Shown: piece after piece, positions 46,259 to 54,779 of the stretch | How the letters are laid out: each line of letters begins with the position of its first letter | Numbering within the stretch: the first letter of the stretch is position 1 | Origin: an uncultured Desulfocicer sp. | GTDB taxonomy: Bacteria > Desulfobacterota > Desulfobacteria > Desulfobacterales > SURF-7 | DNA: 64,000 nucleotides | Direction of reading: 5' to 3' | NCBI GenBank assembly: GCA_964437395.1 | Contig: CAYTGW010000001.1 | Span: 4,153-68,152, forward strand | Notes under the pieces: model-generated | Seen by the model: only the letters and a program-made list of their open reading frames with translations | Databases searched by the model: none | What the model was told of the DNA's origin: nothing | Translations under genes and position numbers: made by a program

Positions 46259-47080
46259 ATGGTTGAGCCTATAACAACGACTATCAGTGTTGGCGCTTTA
46301 GCGTATATTAGCAAAGATGCTATAGGGAAGTTATTAGGTCCCACCTTCGACTATCTGGGTGGAGAGTTAAAAGATTTTACTCAGAAACGGGCTGAAAATA
46401 TTGGTCGTATTTTTCAAAACGCCTACACCAAATTAGGGGATAAGATAAACTCAAATGGGAAAGTGCCGCCTAAGGTATTAAGAGGTATTATAAATGAAGG
46501 TTCTTTCTGTGATGATGAACTGTCAGCAGAATATTTCGGCGGGATTCTTGCCTCATCTCGCTCAGATAGTGGAAGGGATGACAGGACGATCGCTCTTACT
46601 GCTGTAGTAGCAAAAATATCCTCTTACCAAATAAAAGCACATTACATTATTTATAAAGCTTTTAATCACCTTTTTAGAGGTGAAGAGCTAAGTCCCTTGA
46701 TACAAAGTCAAGCAGCTCAAATGGAAATTTATATTCCTTATAACACGTTACATTATTTTATGAATTTTGATCTTGAAGAATTTAAGGTGTTTTCTTCTAT
46801 ATCAACTCATATAGTTACAGGTTTAGCTAAAGAAAATTTAATTAAGGAGAAATCCTATTATGGCGAGAAAGATCATATGAGTAAATTTTTCCCTAAGATT
46901 CCTAGTTATTCTTGGGGTTTCACATGTCAACCTACGGCTTTTGGGGTAGAATTATTTAATTCTGTTTATGGAATGCAAAATATTAGTGCTGAGGATTTTA
47001 CAAAAGCAGAATATCCGACACTAGATATAGACAAGTCATTAAAACTGATGGATGTTTATAAAACAAGTAATTTAAAATAA
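46259..47080 (+). CDS. Abi-alpha (DUF4393)-like abortive-infection protein (tentative)
   Basis: 273 aa, AT-rich, RBS AAAGAGGGGGG. The N-terminal pattern AIGKLLGP..DYLGGELKDF..RAENIGRIF..A..KL...PKVLRGIINEGSFCDDELSAEYFGGILASS matches my memory of Abi-alpha. Confidence 0.5.
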   Translation: MVEPITTTISVGALAYISKDAIGKLLGPTFDYLGGELKDFTQKRAENIGRIFQNAYTKLGDKINSNGKVPPKVLRGIINEGSFCDDELSAEYFGGILASSRSDSGRDDRTIALTAVVAKISSYQIKAHYIIYKAFNHLFRGEELSPLIQSQAAQMEIYIPYNTLHYFMNFDLEEFKVFSSISTHIVTGLAKENLIKEKSYYGEKDHMSKFFPKIPSYSWGFTCQPTAFGVELFNSVYGMQNISAEDFTKAEYPTLDIDKSLKLMDVYKTSNLK

Positions 47081-47127
47081 AATTCATTTGTTAAATGACT
47101 TCACCACATCTTGTCAATTACAGCTTC

Positions 47128-47237
47128 GTAGGTTGGGTTGAATGAAATGAAACCCAACAAATATTAAGATTAAAAAAATTACAATTAATTGAAAACAAGA
47201 ACCGCTGTTGGGTTTCGCTCCTCTCAACCCAACCTAC
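47128..47237. repeat. REP-like hairpin doublet in inverted orientation
   Basis: GTAGGTTGGGTTGA (47128..47141) pairs with TCAACCCAACCTAC (47224..47237). GAAACCCAACA (47149..47159) pairs with TGTTGGGTTTC (47206..47216). Each half can also fold on its own (GTTGGGTT/AACCCAAC). Confidence 0.7.
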
Positions 47238-47385
47238 TATCTATAATCCGGGGTGTTCAAGGTGTCCTGAAGTCCGAATTCCAATAAAAGCAACATAATC
47301 AATACGACTACGTTTTTTATCCATTATGGTTATTATTCCCATGAATTTCTTGATTGCCGAACGGTGTATGATAAAATTACATCGT

Positions 47386-47506
47386 GTAGGGGTGGCCCTT
47401 GTGGCTACCCGTTTTTTTGTGATAGATTTTACCCGTTGTCATATATAATTACGGGCAATATGGGAAATCACAGGCAATACGGGCAACCACAAGGGTTTGC
47501 CCCTAC
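47386..47506. repeat. Second REP-like doublet (GTAGGGG...CCCTTGTGG...CCCG type) in inverted orientation
   Basis: GTAGGGGTGGCCCTTGTGGCTACCCG (47386..47411) against the reverse complement of CGGGCAACCACAAGGGTTTGCCCCTAC (47480..47506). It is related to the hairpin repeat at 39111..39136. Confidence 0.6.
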
Positions 47507-47554
47507 GGATATAAAACGATTGGCGATATTTGAAAAAATGACAGGTTCGAGTTG

Positions 47555-47763
47555 AGCGGAATGAATGATTTTATAGCGGAGTCGTTCACTGTCTGAATGG
47601 ATTAGGGATCGTTTGGAAAAAACAGTTTACAGCTACTTCTTTTTTTGCGGAAGCAATCTGGACAAAACGTGATCATTAATTTTATTGCTGCCATTCTGTT
47701 TTTTCCTTACGAGCCCTTATCCATGAGTTTGAACGACGCAGTCTTAAAATTATTCATGGAGCG
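47555..47763. repeat. Right arm of the ~209-bp inverted repeat
   Basis: See the left arm. Blocks at 47555..47612 and 47706..47763. Confidence 0.85.
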
Positions 47764-47783
47764 GCATCGTAGGAGGCGGAGTT

Positions 47784-47951
47784 GTGTTTATATTCCGGCC
47801 GTATTTCGTCGATCCTCAAAAACTACCTGCAATAAGAAAAGAGATTGCAGTCAACCTTATTTACAAATATGGCATATCGCCGTCTGAAACCGCAAGACAA
47901 CTGGGCATATCCACATCGGGTGTCCCGCAAATCATGAGGCGGGGAACTTGA
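47784..47951 (+). pseudogene. Remnant of a transposase C-terminus (HTH of the kind found on REP-associated/IS200-like Y1 transposases), tentative
   Basis: A 55-codon frame reads ..PAIRKEIAVNLIYKYGISPSETARQLGISTSGVPQIMRRGT*. No catalytic part is present. It lies immediately next to the REP-like repeats. Confidence 0.35.
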
Positions 47952-47996
47952 GTTTGTATAATTTTTTCCAATATATTACGTCCCATATATTATCCT

Positions 47997-48106
47997 GGTT
48001 GAGGACGCACCTTCAGTTTCTGTCTTGATCAACCGGATGGTGAAGGAGGCGTGTGATGCAACCCGGACGCTTGCTAAAAAACTCGATAGTGAAATGATTC
48101 AGCAAT
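47997..48106 (+). repeat. Diverged duplicate of the 3' end of the NPD-family gene (copy of 45671..45780)
   Basis: Hand alignment gives 91/110 identical positions with the frame preserved (LVEDAPSVSVLINRMVKEACDATRTLAKKLDSEMIQQ against MVEDTPSVSDLINRMVREACDATRTLSDKLGKEMIQQ). Confidence 0.85.
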
Positions 48107-48125
48107 ATTCGGATTCAAAAAACAG

Positions 48126-48153
48126 TTGACATTTGTTGTTTTAAAGATACAAT
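48126..48153 (+). promoter_or_regulatory. Candidate sigma70 promoter of higBA (TTGACA-16 nt-TACAAT)
   Basis: TTGACA at 48126..48131 and TACAAT at 48148..48153, directly abutting the first ATG. This implies a leaderless or near-leaderless mRNA. Confidence 0.5.
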
Positions 48154-48495
48154 ATGATTATGGATAGCTCCAAAATAGAACTTCTCGAATATATAACCGA
48201 AGATGGTGACAATCCATTCCATAAATGGCTTAATTCACTGAAAGATCGACTTGCACGTGCGCGGATTCGAGTTCGGCTGAATCGTGTGAGGCTCGGAAAT
48301 TTTGGTGATTGCAAACCTGTTGGAAAAGGTGTGAATGAGTTACGCGTGGATTTTGGCCCAGGATATCGGGTTTATTACGGAAAATCGGAGATGACCATTG
48401 TAATTTTGCTTTGCGGAGGGTCTAAAAAATCTCAGTCAAAAGATATTCAGTTGGCGCAAGCATATTGGGCTGACTTCCAAAAGAGGGCGAAATGA
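48154..48495 (+). CDS. higB: RelE/ParE-superfamily toxin of the HigB 'addiction module killer' type
   Basis: 113 aa. F..WL..L.D..ARARI..RL.R...GN.GD.KPVG.GV.ELR...GPGYRVYY pattern. The true start may be the second ATG at 48160. The stop overlaps the antitoxin start. Confidence 0.8.
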   Translation: MIMDSSKIELLEYITEDGDNPFHKWLNSLKDRLARARIRVRLNRVRLGNFGDCKPVGKGVNELRVDFGPGYRVYYGKSEMTIVILLCGGSKKSQSKDIQLAQAYWADFQKRAK

Positions 48496-48830
48496 AAAAA
48501 GTAACAGAAAAATATGAAAAAAATCTCAAAGAAGATCTTCGTGATCCTGCTGAGGCCGCAGAATATTTAAAGGCCGCATTGGAGGATGGCTCTCAGGAAT
48601 TGTTTTTAATGGCGTTAAAAGACATTGCAAATGCAAAGGGTATTTCTGAAATAGCACGAGAAACGAAACTCAACCGTGAGAATCTTTATCGAATTCTTTC
48701 AACACAAGGAAATCCAAAATTAAAAAGTTTGAGTTCTGTTCTTCATAGTGTTGGATTGAAACTGTCCGTTGAAGTGGCAAATCAAGTTAAGAACTATTCA
48801 GCGAACAAAACCCATCAGCCGATCTCGTAA
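48492..48830 (+). CDS. higA: HigA-type antitoxin (addiction module antidote protein, HTH)
   Basis: 112 aa. LKAALEDG....F..AL.DIA.AKG...IA.ET.L.RE.LY..LS..GNP.L..L..VL...GL.L pattern. Confidence 0.8.
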   Translation: MKKVTEKYEKNLKEDLRDPAEAAEYLKAALEDGSQELFLMALKDIANAKGISEIARETKLNRENLYRILSTQGNPKLKSLSSVLHSVGLKLSVEVANQVKNYSANKTHQPIS

Positions 48831-48973
48831 ATTAGACGGCTGAGCCTGGTTATTACTTATCCTGGTAGCAAATACGGATAATCTTTGCTACCGGTAAGCA
48901 TTCCCTTTTCACCTAATCTCATATCATATTAAATTCCCATGAATCACATGTTCAGGTGAAACAAGGTTATTTT

Positions 48974-49561
48974 CTATGCCCTTCGCCCGCTCTGCCCGCT
49001 AACAACCGCAGATCCGATCAGATGTGCAATCCGCAAGGCTTCAGGAACATTACCTTGATTGGATATTCGCTTGAGAGCTTCGGCGGTAATGTCGGGTTGT
49101 TCCCCGATGACCTGAAAACAGAAGTTGTCGGTTTGATGAACAGGGCCTGCTTTTTCCAATAGCTCCAGACGATGCGGACAATCATCAAAATGCCTGAGCG
49201 CTTTTTGAATGGCAGGAATATCCGGCAGCTTTCTCATCACGGCAACACATGGACGATTAAGCTGACTGGCCAATTCGGGAAGATCAATAAGATTGAATCC
49301 CCCAAATGCCAGACCGTCCGTCAGCACCATATGAATCTGATCATGAAATTTGCTGTTAAGGACCATCCGGGACAGAACATCGGTTGCATCACTACCGTCT
49401 TTTTGAACTTTTCCCCACAGCATTCCTTCAAATACAGTCCCTGCGCAGACAACGCCTGTGATGTAGACCGCGCTGTTCCGGCGTTTCCGGAAAGGAGCGT
49501 CGTCAAAACCGATCACACGGATCAACAGGTTTCGTTCAATCAGCTTTTGTAATGATTTCAT
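48974..49561 (-). CDS. DUF99 (endonuclease V-like, UPF0215) family protein
   Basis: 195 aa from the ATG at 49561. IRVIGFDDAPF and TDGLAFGGFN motifs. The shorter start removes the overlap with the upstream gene. Confidence 0.65.
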   Translation of the reverse strand: MKSLQKLIERNLLIRVIGFDDAPFRKRRNSAVYITGVVCAGTVFEGMLWGKVQKDGSDATDVLSRMVLNSKFHDQIHMVLTDGLAFGGFNLIDLPELASQLNRPCVAVMRKLPDIPAIQKALRHFDDCPHRLELLEKAGPVHQTDNFCFQVIGEQPDITAEALKRISNQGNVPEALRIAHLIGSAVVSGQSGRRA

Positions 49562-49616
49562 AAAATCAGAAAAACCTGTTTCATCAACCCAGGCAGAATG
49601 GTGATTGCCTGGATGA

Positions 49617-50357
49617 TCACTCCATTTGGAAACGGCTTTCAAACAAGGTGACAATCGCATCCGCAGCAGCGTTGTCCTTGATAGAATCCATATTTATGAC
49701 CAGGTCAAATTCCTGAGGCGGCGCACTCTCTTTTCCATGTACTTTTTTAAAAAAATCTTTTTGTTCCTGATCCGCCTGGGCGAGAATTTTTTTTGCCTTC
49801 TGTCTGCTTACCTTCAGGGATTGGACGATGTTTTCAATCCGGTGGTCGATGGAGCCGATGCACCGAACCACAAAGACCCGGTTGCGGGGTAGCATCAAAT
49901 GGAGGCCGCGACCAACAAAAATGGTCTTATCCATGTGGGCGAGAAAAAAAGCCGAGACAAACAGTTGCCGGGTGTATTGATCCAGATCAAATGCACGATC
50001 TCCGAAAATCCGGCCTAGCAATTCGCGTAGTTTTCCGGGATAGCGTTCATCAAAGGTGGCAATGCTGGCCTGGTTCAGTGCCGTTGCTTTGGATATGGTT
50101 TCGATAACCTCTCTGTCAATTACCCGGTAGCCTATTTTTTTGGCTGTTTTTTCAGCCAATTCCAGTGCTCCGACTCCGATTTGACGAGAGAAACAGATGG
50201 CGGGGAAAATTTCAAAACGATATTTGCGAACTTTTTCGCGGAGTACTTCCTTATTGATTTGTTCAGCATAATCGTCCGCCAGTTGATTGACCCGGAGTTT
50301 ACCTTTCCAATATCGGGTTAAGTCAGAATCCCACGGTTGTTTTATTTTTTTGTCCAT
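49617..50357 (-). CDS. Cytidylate-kinase-like family protein (degenerate P-loop)
   Basis: 246 aa. ICFSRQIGVGALELAEKTAKKIGYRVIDREVI resembles the Cytidylate_kin2-type family from memory. Confidence 0.55.
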   Translation of the reverse strand: MDKKIKQPWDSDLTRYWKGKLRVNQLADDYAEQINKEVLREKVRKYRFEIFPAICFSRQIGVGALELAEKTAKKIGYRVIDREVIETISKATALNQASIATFDERYPGKLRELLGRIFGDRAFDLDQYTRQLFVSAFFLAHMDKTIFVGRGLHLMLPRNRVFVVRCIGSIDHRIENIVQSLKVSRQKAKKILAQADQEQKDFFKKVHGKESAPPQEFDLVINMDSIKDNAAADAIVTLFESRFQME

Positions 50358-50589
50358 GGTGCCTCCTTAGCAGTTTTTAGGTCACGGCTGTCAGATATAA
50401 TATTCTATCGAGGAGCGATTATAGTTATTCTTTTACCACAGAAATACAGGGTCGTAAAAAGAAATCGGATAGGGTCAGGATATTCGATTGGAGCTTGATA
50501 AGCTTTCCCGTGAGACCGAAAGGGAGGCTGGAGCCGGACGGAAACGTGAAAAAGAAATATGGATATGCAGGATAAATTTTCTTATTCCC

Positions 50590-50618
50590 TTGACAGGGAT
50601 TTCTCATCCTGCAATATT
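50590..50618 (+). promoter_or_regulatory. Candidate sigma70 promoter (TTGACA-17 nt-AATATT) upstream of the DUF2804-like gene
   Basis: TTGACA at 50590..50595 and AATATT at 50613..50618, 57 nt upstream of the ATG at 50675. Confidence 0.35.
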
Positions 50619-50674
50619 CTGTTCCAAACAACCGAATTCCCATAGAATAAATAAGTTTTATTCAGGAGAACCCT

Positions 50675-51733
50675 ATGTCTAAACCTGTTCGACCGATTCT
50701 TCCCAGCCCAGGAAGACTTGTATCCAATGGGCGATTTAATCTTGGAACATTCAAAGAAGAGTTCACGGAAATCAATCCTCTTGATGTGGAAATCGGCAGT
50801 TTATTTCCGTATCCACGAGCTTTTAAGAATTTCCGCTTAAAAGAGTGGCAGCATTTTGCATTGGTCAATGAAGAATATTATATCAGCCTGGCGCTTTTTA
50901 ATGCAAAAACCCTGGCGCTGGCCCAGGTGTGTCTTTATGACCGAAAATCCGGCAATATCCATTTTTATGAAAAAAAGACGCTTCCGGGCAATATCCGTCT
51001 GCCTCAGGCGCTCTGGAATGGTCATGCATCCATTCACCAGAAAGGATTTGCAATAGATATTCACAACGAACTGGCCGAGGGCCTGCATACAATATCTTTT
51101 AAAATCAATGCGACTAAAGGGTTGCCCGGTGTTGAAGGCCGGTTTACCTGTTTTGAGGATATGCGTGAATCAGAACCCATTGTGGTTTGTCTACCCCTGA
51201 AAGAGAATCGGGCCATGTATTCGCATAAATATGTATGCCCCATCGAGGGTGAGTTGACCTTGTCCGGGAAATCAATAGTATTTTCACGCAAGAACAGCTA
51301 TGGTCTGGTGGATATCCATAAGGGTTATTATCCGTTTGTCATGAAATGGCATTGGGCGACTGCCGGCGGCTTTGATCCGGAACATGGCCTTGTAGGTTTG
51401 AACCTTACGGATAACCAGGTCAAAGATCAGAATGCCTATAATGAAAACTGTATCTGGTTGAATGGCCGGTTGCATCTTCTTCCTTCTGTCCGTTTTACCT
51501 TTCTAAAGGAGGACTTGTATAAACCCTGGCGCATTCAGGATCAGGATGGGATGGTTGATCTGACATTCACACCAGAGGTAATTCGCACGGTGGATATCAA
51601 TGCACTTGTTGTAAAGACTCAATATCGTGGGCCTTTTGGATCATTTACAGGGCATTTAAAAACAGCAAGCAAAGATGTTATTCAGGTGAATCGTTTTTTT
51701 GGTATGTGTGAAGATTTTTTTCTGCAAACATAG
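50675..51733 (+). CDS. DUF2804-like protein (tentative)
   Basis: 352 aa, RBS AGGAGA. The assignment is from overall resemblance (W.HF.L.....Y.....F.....L......WHWATAGG) and is low-certainty. Confidence 0.5.
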   Translation: MSKPVRPILPSPGRLVSNGRFNLGTFKEEFTEINPLDVEIGSLFPYPRAFKNFRLKEWQHFALVNEEYYISLALFNAKTLALAQVCLYDRKSGNIHFYEKKTLPGNIRLPQALWNGHASIHQKGFAIDIHNELAEGLHTISFKINATKGLPGVEGRFTCFEDMRESEPIVVCLPLKENRAMYSHKYVCPIEGELTLSGKSIVFSRKNSYGLVDIHKGYYPFVMKWHWATAGGFDPEHGLVGLNLTDNQVKDQNAYNENCIWLNGRLHLLPSVRFTFLKEDLYKPWRIQDQDGMVDLTFTPEVIRTVDINALVVKTQYRGPFGSFTGHLKTASKDVIQVNRFFGMCEDFFLQT

Positions 51734-51771
51734 ATTCCGAATTTGTTTTCCATCTGCTAAAGGAAGAGAAA

Positions 51772-54729
51772 ATGGAAAAGAACAATAGCCTTTCCTGTTG
51801 GAATTGTAAAAAAACAATCGAAAAGGTGGGCATGAACTGCCCTCATTGTAATGTTTTTATCGACAAGGAAATGATCGATCGCATTGCATCAGGCGGGATA
51901 ACGAAGATGCCTTCCGGCGGTTTACATCCGGGGACCATTTTTGATGAACGGTATGAAATTATCAAACCCCTTGGCAGGGGTGGAATGGGGGTAGTCTATA
52001 AGGCTCATGATAAGTATATGGATCGGGATGTGGCGCTGAAACTGATCCCCAAAGAGCTTTCCATGGACCCGAAGGCAATCGCGGATCTAAAGCGTGAAGT
52101 TGCACTGGCGCTTGATCTGACACACGAGTATATTGTACGGCTTTATAACCTGGATACCTGGGATTCTTTTACATTTGTCACCATGGAATATGTTCAGTGC
52201 GGAACCCTTTCACACCTTATGGTTGAAAAAGGCGGAAGCCTTTCTCTGAATGAAGCGCTTCCGCTTTTAGTCCAAATCGGGCAGGCACTGGATTATGCTC
52301 ATAGTAAAAACCCGCCGGTTGTGCATCTGGATTTAAAGCCGTTGAATATTTTGCTTACATTCGACGGGTATGCGAAAATCACAGACTTTGGCCTTGCCAG
52401 AGTGTTGCGGGATCTGGCTACCCGTGTCTCTGCATGGGAAGCGGCGGGATCGCTGGCATACATGGCACCGGAGCAGATTCGAGGGAAGGGGATCGGCACC
52501 TGGACGGACATATATGCGCTTGCGGCGGTTGCCTATGAACTGTTATCCGGTCAACCTCCTTTTTATACAGGGGATTTGAGATGGCAGATCATGCATGAAA
52601 CAGTGGACCCGATTCCGAATATGCCGGATCATGTCAATAAGGCTCTTCTTGTTGGTCTTGCAAAGGACAGTTCCCTGCGTCCTAAAACTGCCGGGGAATT
52701 TGTAAAAATGGTTTCCGGGGAGCTTCCGGTTCCAGATATCAAAATATTAATAGGGCCCAGGAATGAAAAAGCTCGTAAGGGTGTTGATGCAGAAACGGAG
52801 GAATCGTCTGTTTGGAAAGAGGAATGGTTTGAGACTTTTGTGACAGACGAAGAGAAAACACCTCGAAAATCAGTAAAAAAGCCTGTTTTTGTATACAGCG
52901 TTATTGCGTTTTTATGCTTGCTTGTGCTGGCTGAACTGGGCTGGATACTCAGTTCGCAAAAGGATAAAAACGACAAAACAGTGGATCGGTTCATATCCTT
53001 TTTCATGCCGGATAAAAAAGAGCCGGTACCATCTGTCGGAGATTTGCCGTCTCCTGAGAAAAAAATCATCATTCCAGCCGAAGATGAATCCAAAAAAAAG
53101 AGTGAGACCTTCAGGATTCCATTGCAGGAGGAAAAGGAACCAGCCTCGCAAGCGATCGGTCAATTATCGCTGGCAACTTCTCCAAGTGAAGCCGATATAT
53201 GGATTGATGATCATCAGAAAGGAATTTCGCCGCTTATTGTAAGCGCTCTGCCGGAGGGCGCACATACTGTAAAGGCCGTAAAAAAAGGCTTTCAACCCTG
53301 GCTGGGTGAAGTGCTGATTCAACCATCACAGGTTTTTGAATTACAGATAGACCTGAAGCCCCTGCTCGGATCCATATCGATAGACAGCAAGCCAGGCGGA
53401 GCGTCGGTTTTTATTGAAAGAACCCAGGTGGGCACAACCCCGGTTACACTGAAAAAAACAATATCCGGAAAACAGTCGATTGAAATACAAAAAAAGGGGT
53501 ATGAAAAGTGGCAAAGTGTAGTTGATATCTTACCGGATACAGACAATGATCTTACCGCGACATTGATACCTCTTCCAGGAAAACTCAGCATTACAAGTAT
53601 CCCGGCAAAGGCGGATGTCTATATATCCGGTGAGCGGATCGGTAAAACTCCTGTAAAAATGTATGAGGTCAAAGAGGAGAATGTGTGGGTGGAAATCCAG
53701 ATGCCTTGCTATGATTCAATAAAGAAGAATGTTTCTGTTTTGCCGGGCATGGAAGAAGAGACCAAATTTGTTTTAAAGCCTTCGTGCGGAGATATTGTTG
53801 TCAAGAGTCAGCCGACGGGCGCAGATTGGTTTTTAAACGGTGAATTGATGGGGAAAACACCTGGAAAAACAAAGACCCTGGAAAAAGGGACATATTCAAT
53901 TAAAATTAAAAAAGAGAAATATGCAGATTGGGAAACAGACGTTGTGATTCATCCTCAAAAAAATGATCCGATCGTCGCTAGACTTGATCCGATCGTCGCC
54001 AGAATAGACCCGATTGCTGAACCGGCCGGAAATATTAATATCGATCCGATTACAAAAATGGAATTTATCTGGGTTAAAAAGGGTTGTTTTCAGATGGGGA
54101 GCGCTTTTGATGACAAGGATAAAAGTTCAGATGAAAATCCGGTTCATGCAGTTTGTCTGGATGGATTCTGGATTGGGAAATATGAGGTGACACAGAAACA
54201 ATGGGTAACAATTTCCGGAGATAAACCTTCGTCGTTTCAAAAAGGTGGAGATTATCCTGTGGAAAATGTATCCTGGAACGATGTGCAAAAATTTATTTCC
54301 AGGCTCAATGAGATGAATCAGGGCAAAGCGACCTATCGCCTTCCAACGGAAGCGGAATGGGAATATGCCTGCCGGAGCGGGGGCAAGCCTGAGAAATATT
54401 CAGGAGGCGACACACCGGATCTTGTATCCTGGTACAAGGATAACAGCAAAGGCACAACCCAATCTGTTGGAAAGAAAAAACCCAATGGTTTTGGTCTGTA
54501 TGATATGAGCGGAAATGTATTTGAATGGGTTGAGGATGTTTATCTGGCAGATTCCTATCTGCGACATAAAGCATCCAACCCGGTTTACAGAGGAGAGGGT
54601 TCTTACAGGGTTTGCAGAGGTGGAAGCTGGCTTTTAGGCGGCAAAGAAAGCAGATCCACAAATCGGAGTTATTATTACGCGACGAGTCGAAACTACAATC
54701 TTGGATTTCGTGTTGTTAAAAATCCATAA
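51772..54729 (+). CDS. Membrane Ser/Thr protein kinase with an N-terminal zinc ribbon, extracytoplasmic PEGA repeats and a C-terminal formylglycine-generating-enzyme (SUMF1/FGE-sulfatase) domain
   Basis: 985 aa. CWNCKK..CPHCN; kinase motifs GRGGMGVVYKA, HLDLKPLNIL, DFGLAR and APEQ; one transmembrane segment (VFVYSVIAFLCLLVLAELGWIL); repeated PEGA-like modules (A.V.IDG...G.TP); C-terminal ...YRLPTEAEWEYACR...GNV.EW..D pattern. Confidence 0.85.
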   Translation: MEKNNSLSCWNCKKTIEKVGMNCPHCNVFIDKEMIDRIASGGITKMPSGGLHPGTIFDERYEIIKPLGRGGMGVVYKAHDKYMDRDVALKLIPKELSMDPKAIADLKREVALALDLTHEYIVRLYNLDTWDSFTFVTMEYVQCGTLSHLMVEKGGSLSLNEALPLLVQIGQALDYAHSKNPPVVHLDLKPLNILLTFDGYAKITDFGLARVLRDLATRVSAWEAAGSLAYMAPEQIRGKGIGTWTDIYALAAVAYELLSGQPPFYTGDLRWQIMHETVDPIPNMPDHVNKALLVGLAKDSSLRPKTAGEFVKMVSGELPVPDIKILIGPRNEKARKGVDAETEESSVWKEEWFETFVTDEEKTPRKSVKKPVFVYSVIAFLCLLVLAELGWILSSQKDKNDKTVDRFISFFMPDKKEPVPSVGDLPSPEKKIIIPAEDESKKKSETFRIPLQEEKEPASQAIGQLSLATSPSEADIWIDDHQKGISPLIVSALPEGAHTVKAVKKGFQPWLGEVLIQPSQVFELQIDLKPLLGSISIDSKPGGASVFIERTQVGTTPVTLKKTISGKQSIEIQKKGYEKWQSVVDILPDTDNDLTATLIPLPGKLSITSIPAKADVYISGERIGKTPVKMYEVKEENVWVEIQMPCYDSIKKNVSVLPGMEEETKFVLKPSCGDIVVKSQPTGADWFLNGELMGKTPGKTKTLEKGTYSIKIKKEKYADWETDVVIHPQKNDPIVARLDPIVARIDPIAEPAGNINIDPITKMEFIWVKKGCFQMGSAFDDKDKSSDENPVHAVCLDGFWIGKYEVTQKQWVTISGDKPSSFQKGGDYPVENVSWNDVQKFISRLNEMNQGKATYRLPTEAEWEYACRSGGKPEKYSGGDTPDLVSWYKDNSKGTTQSVGKKKPNGFGLYDMSGNVFEWVEDVYLADSYLRHKASNPVYRGEGSYRVCRGGSWLLGGKESRSTNRSYYYATSRNYNLGFRVVKNP

Positions 54730-54779
54730 GATGAAACAGCTTCAATAATTGGATATATTGAGGCATTTTCAATGAAAAA

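Noticed and set aside
47540-47556. GGTTCGAGT, a T-loop-like motif suggesting a tRNA or tRNA fragment as an integration target.
   Set aside because: No acceptor, D or anticodon stems can be drawn around it. The integration footprint is instead the protein-gene 3' end duplication.
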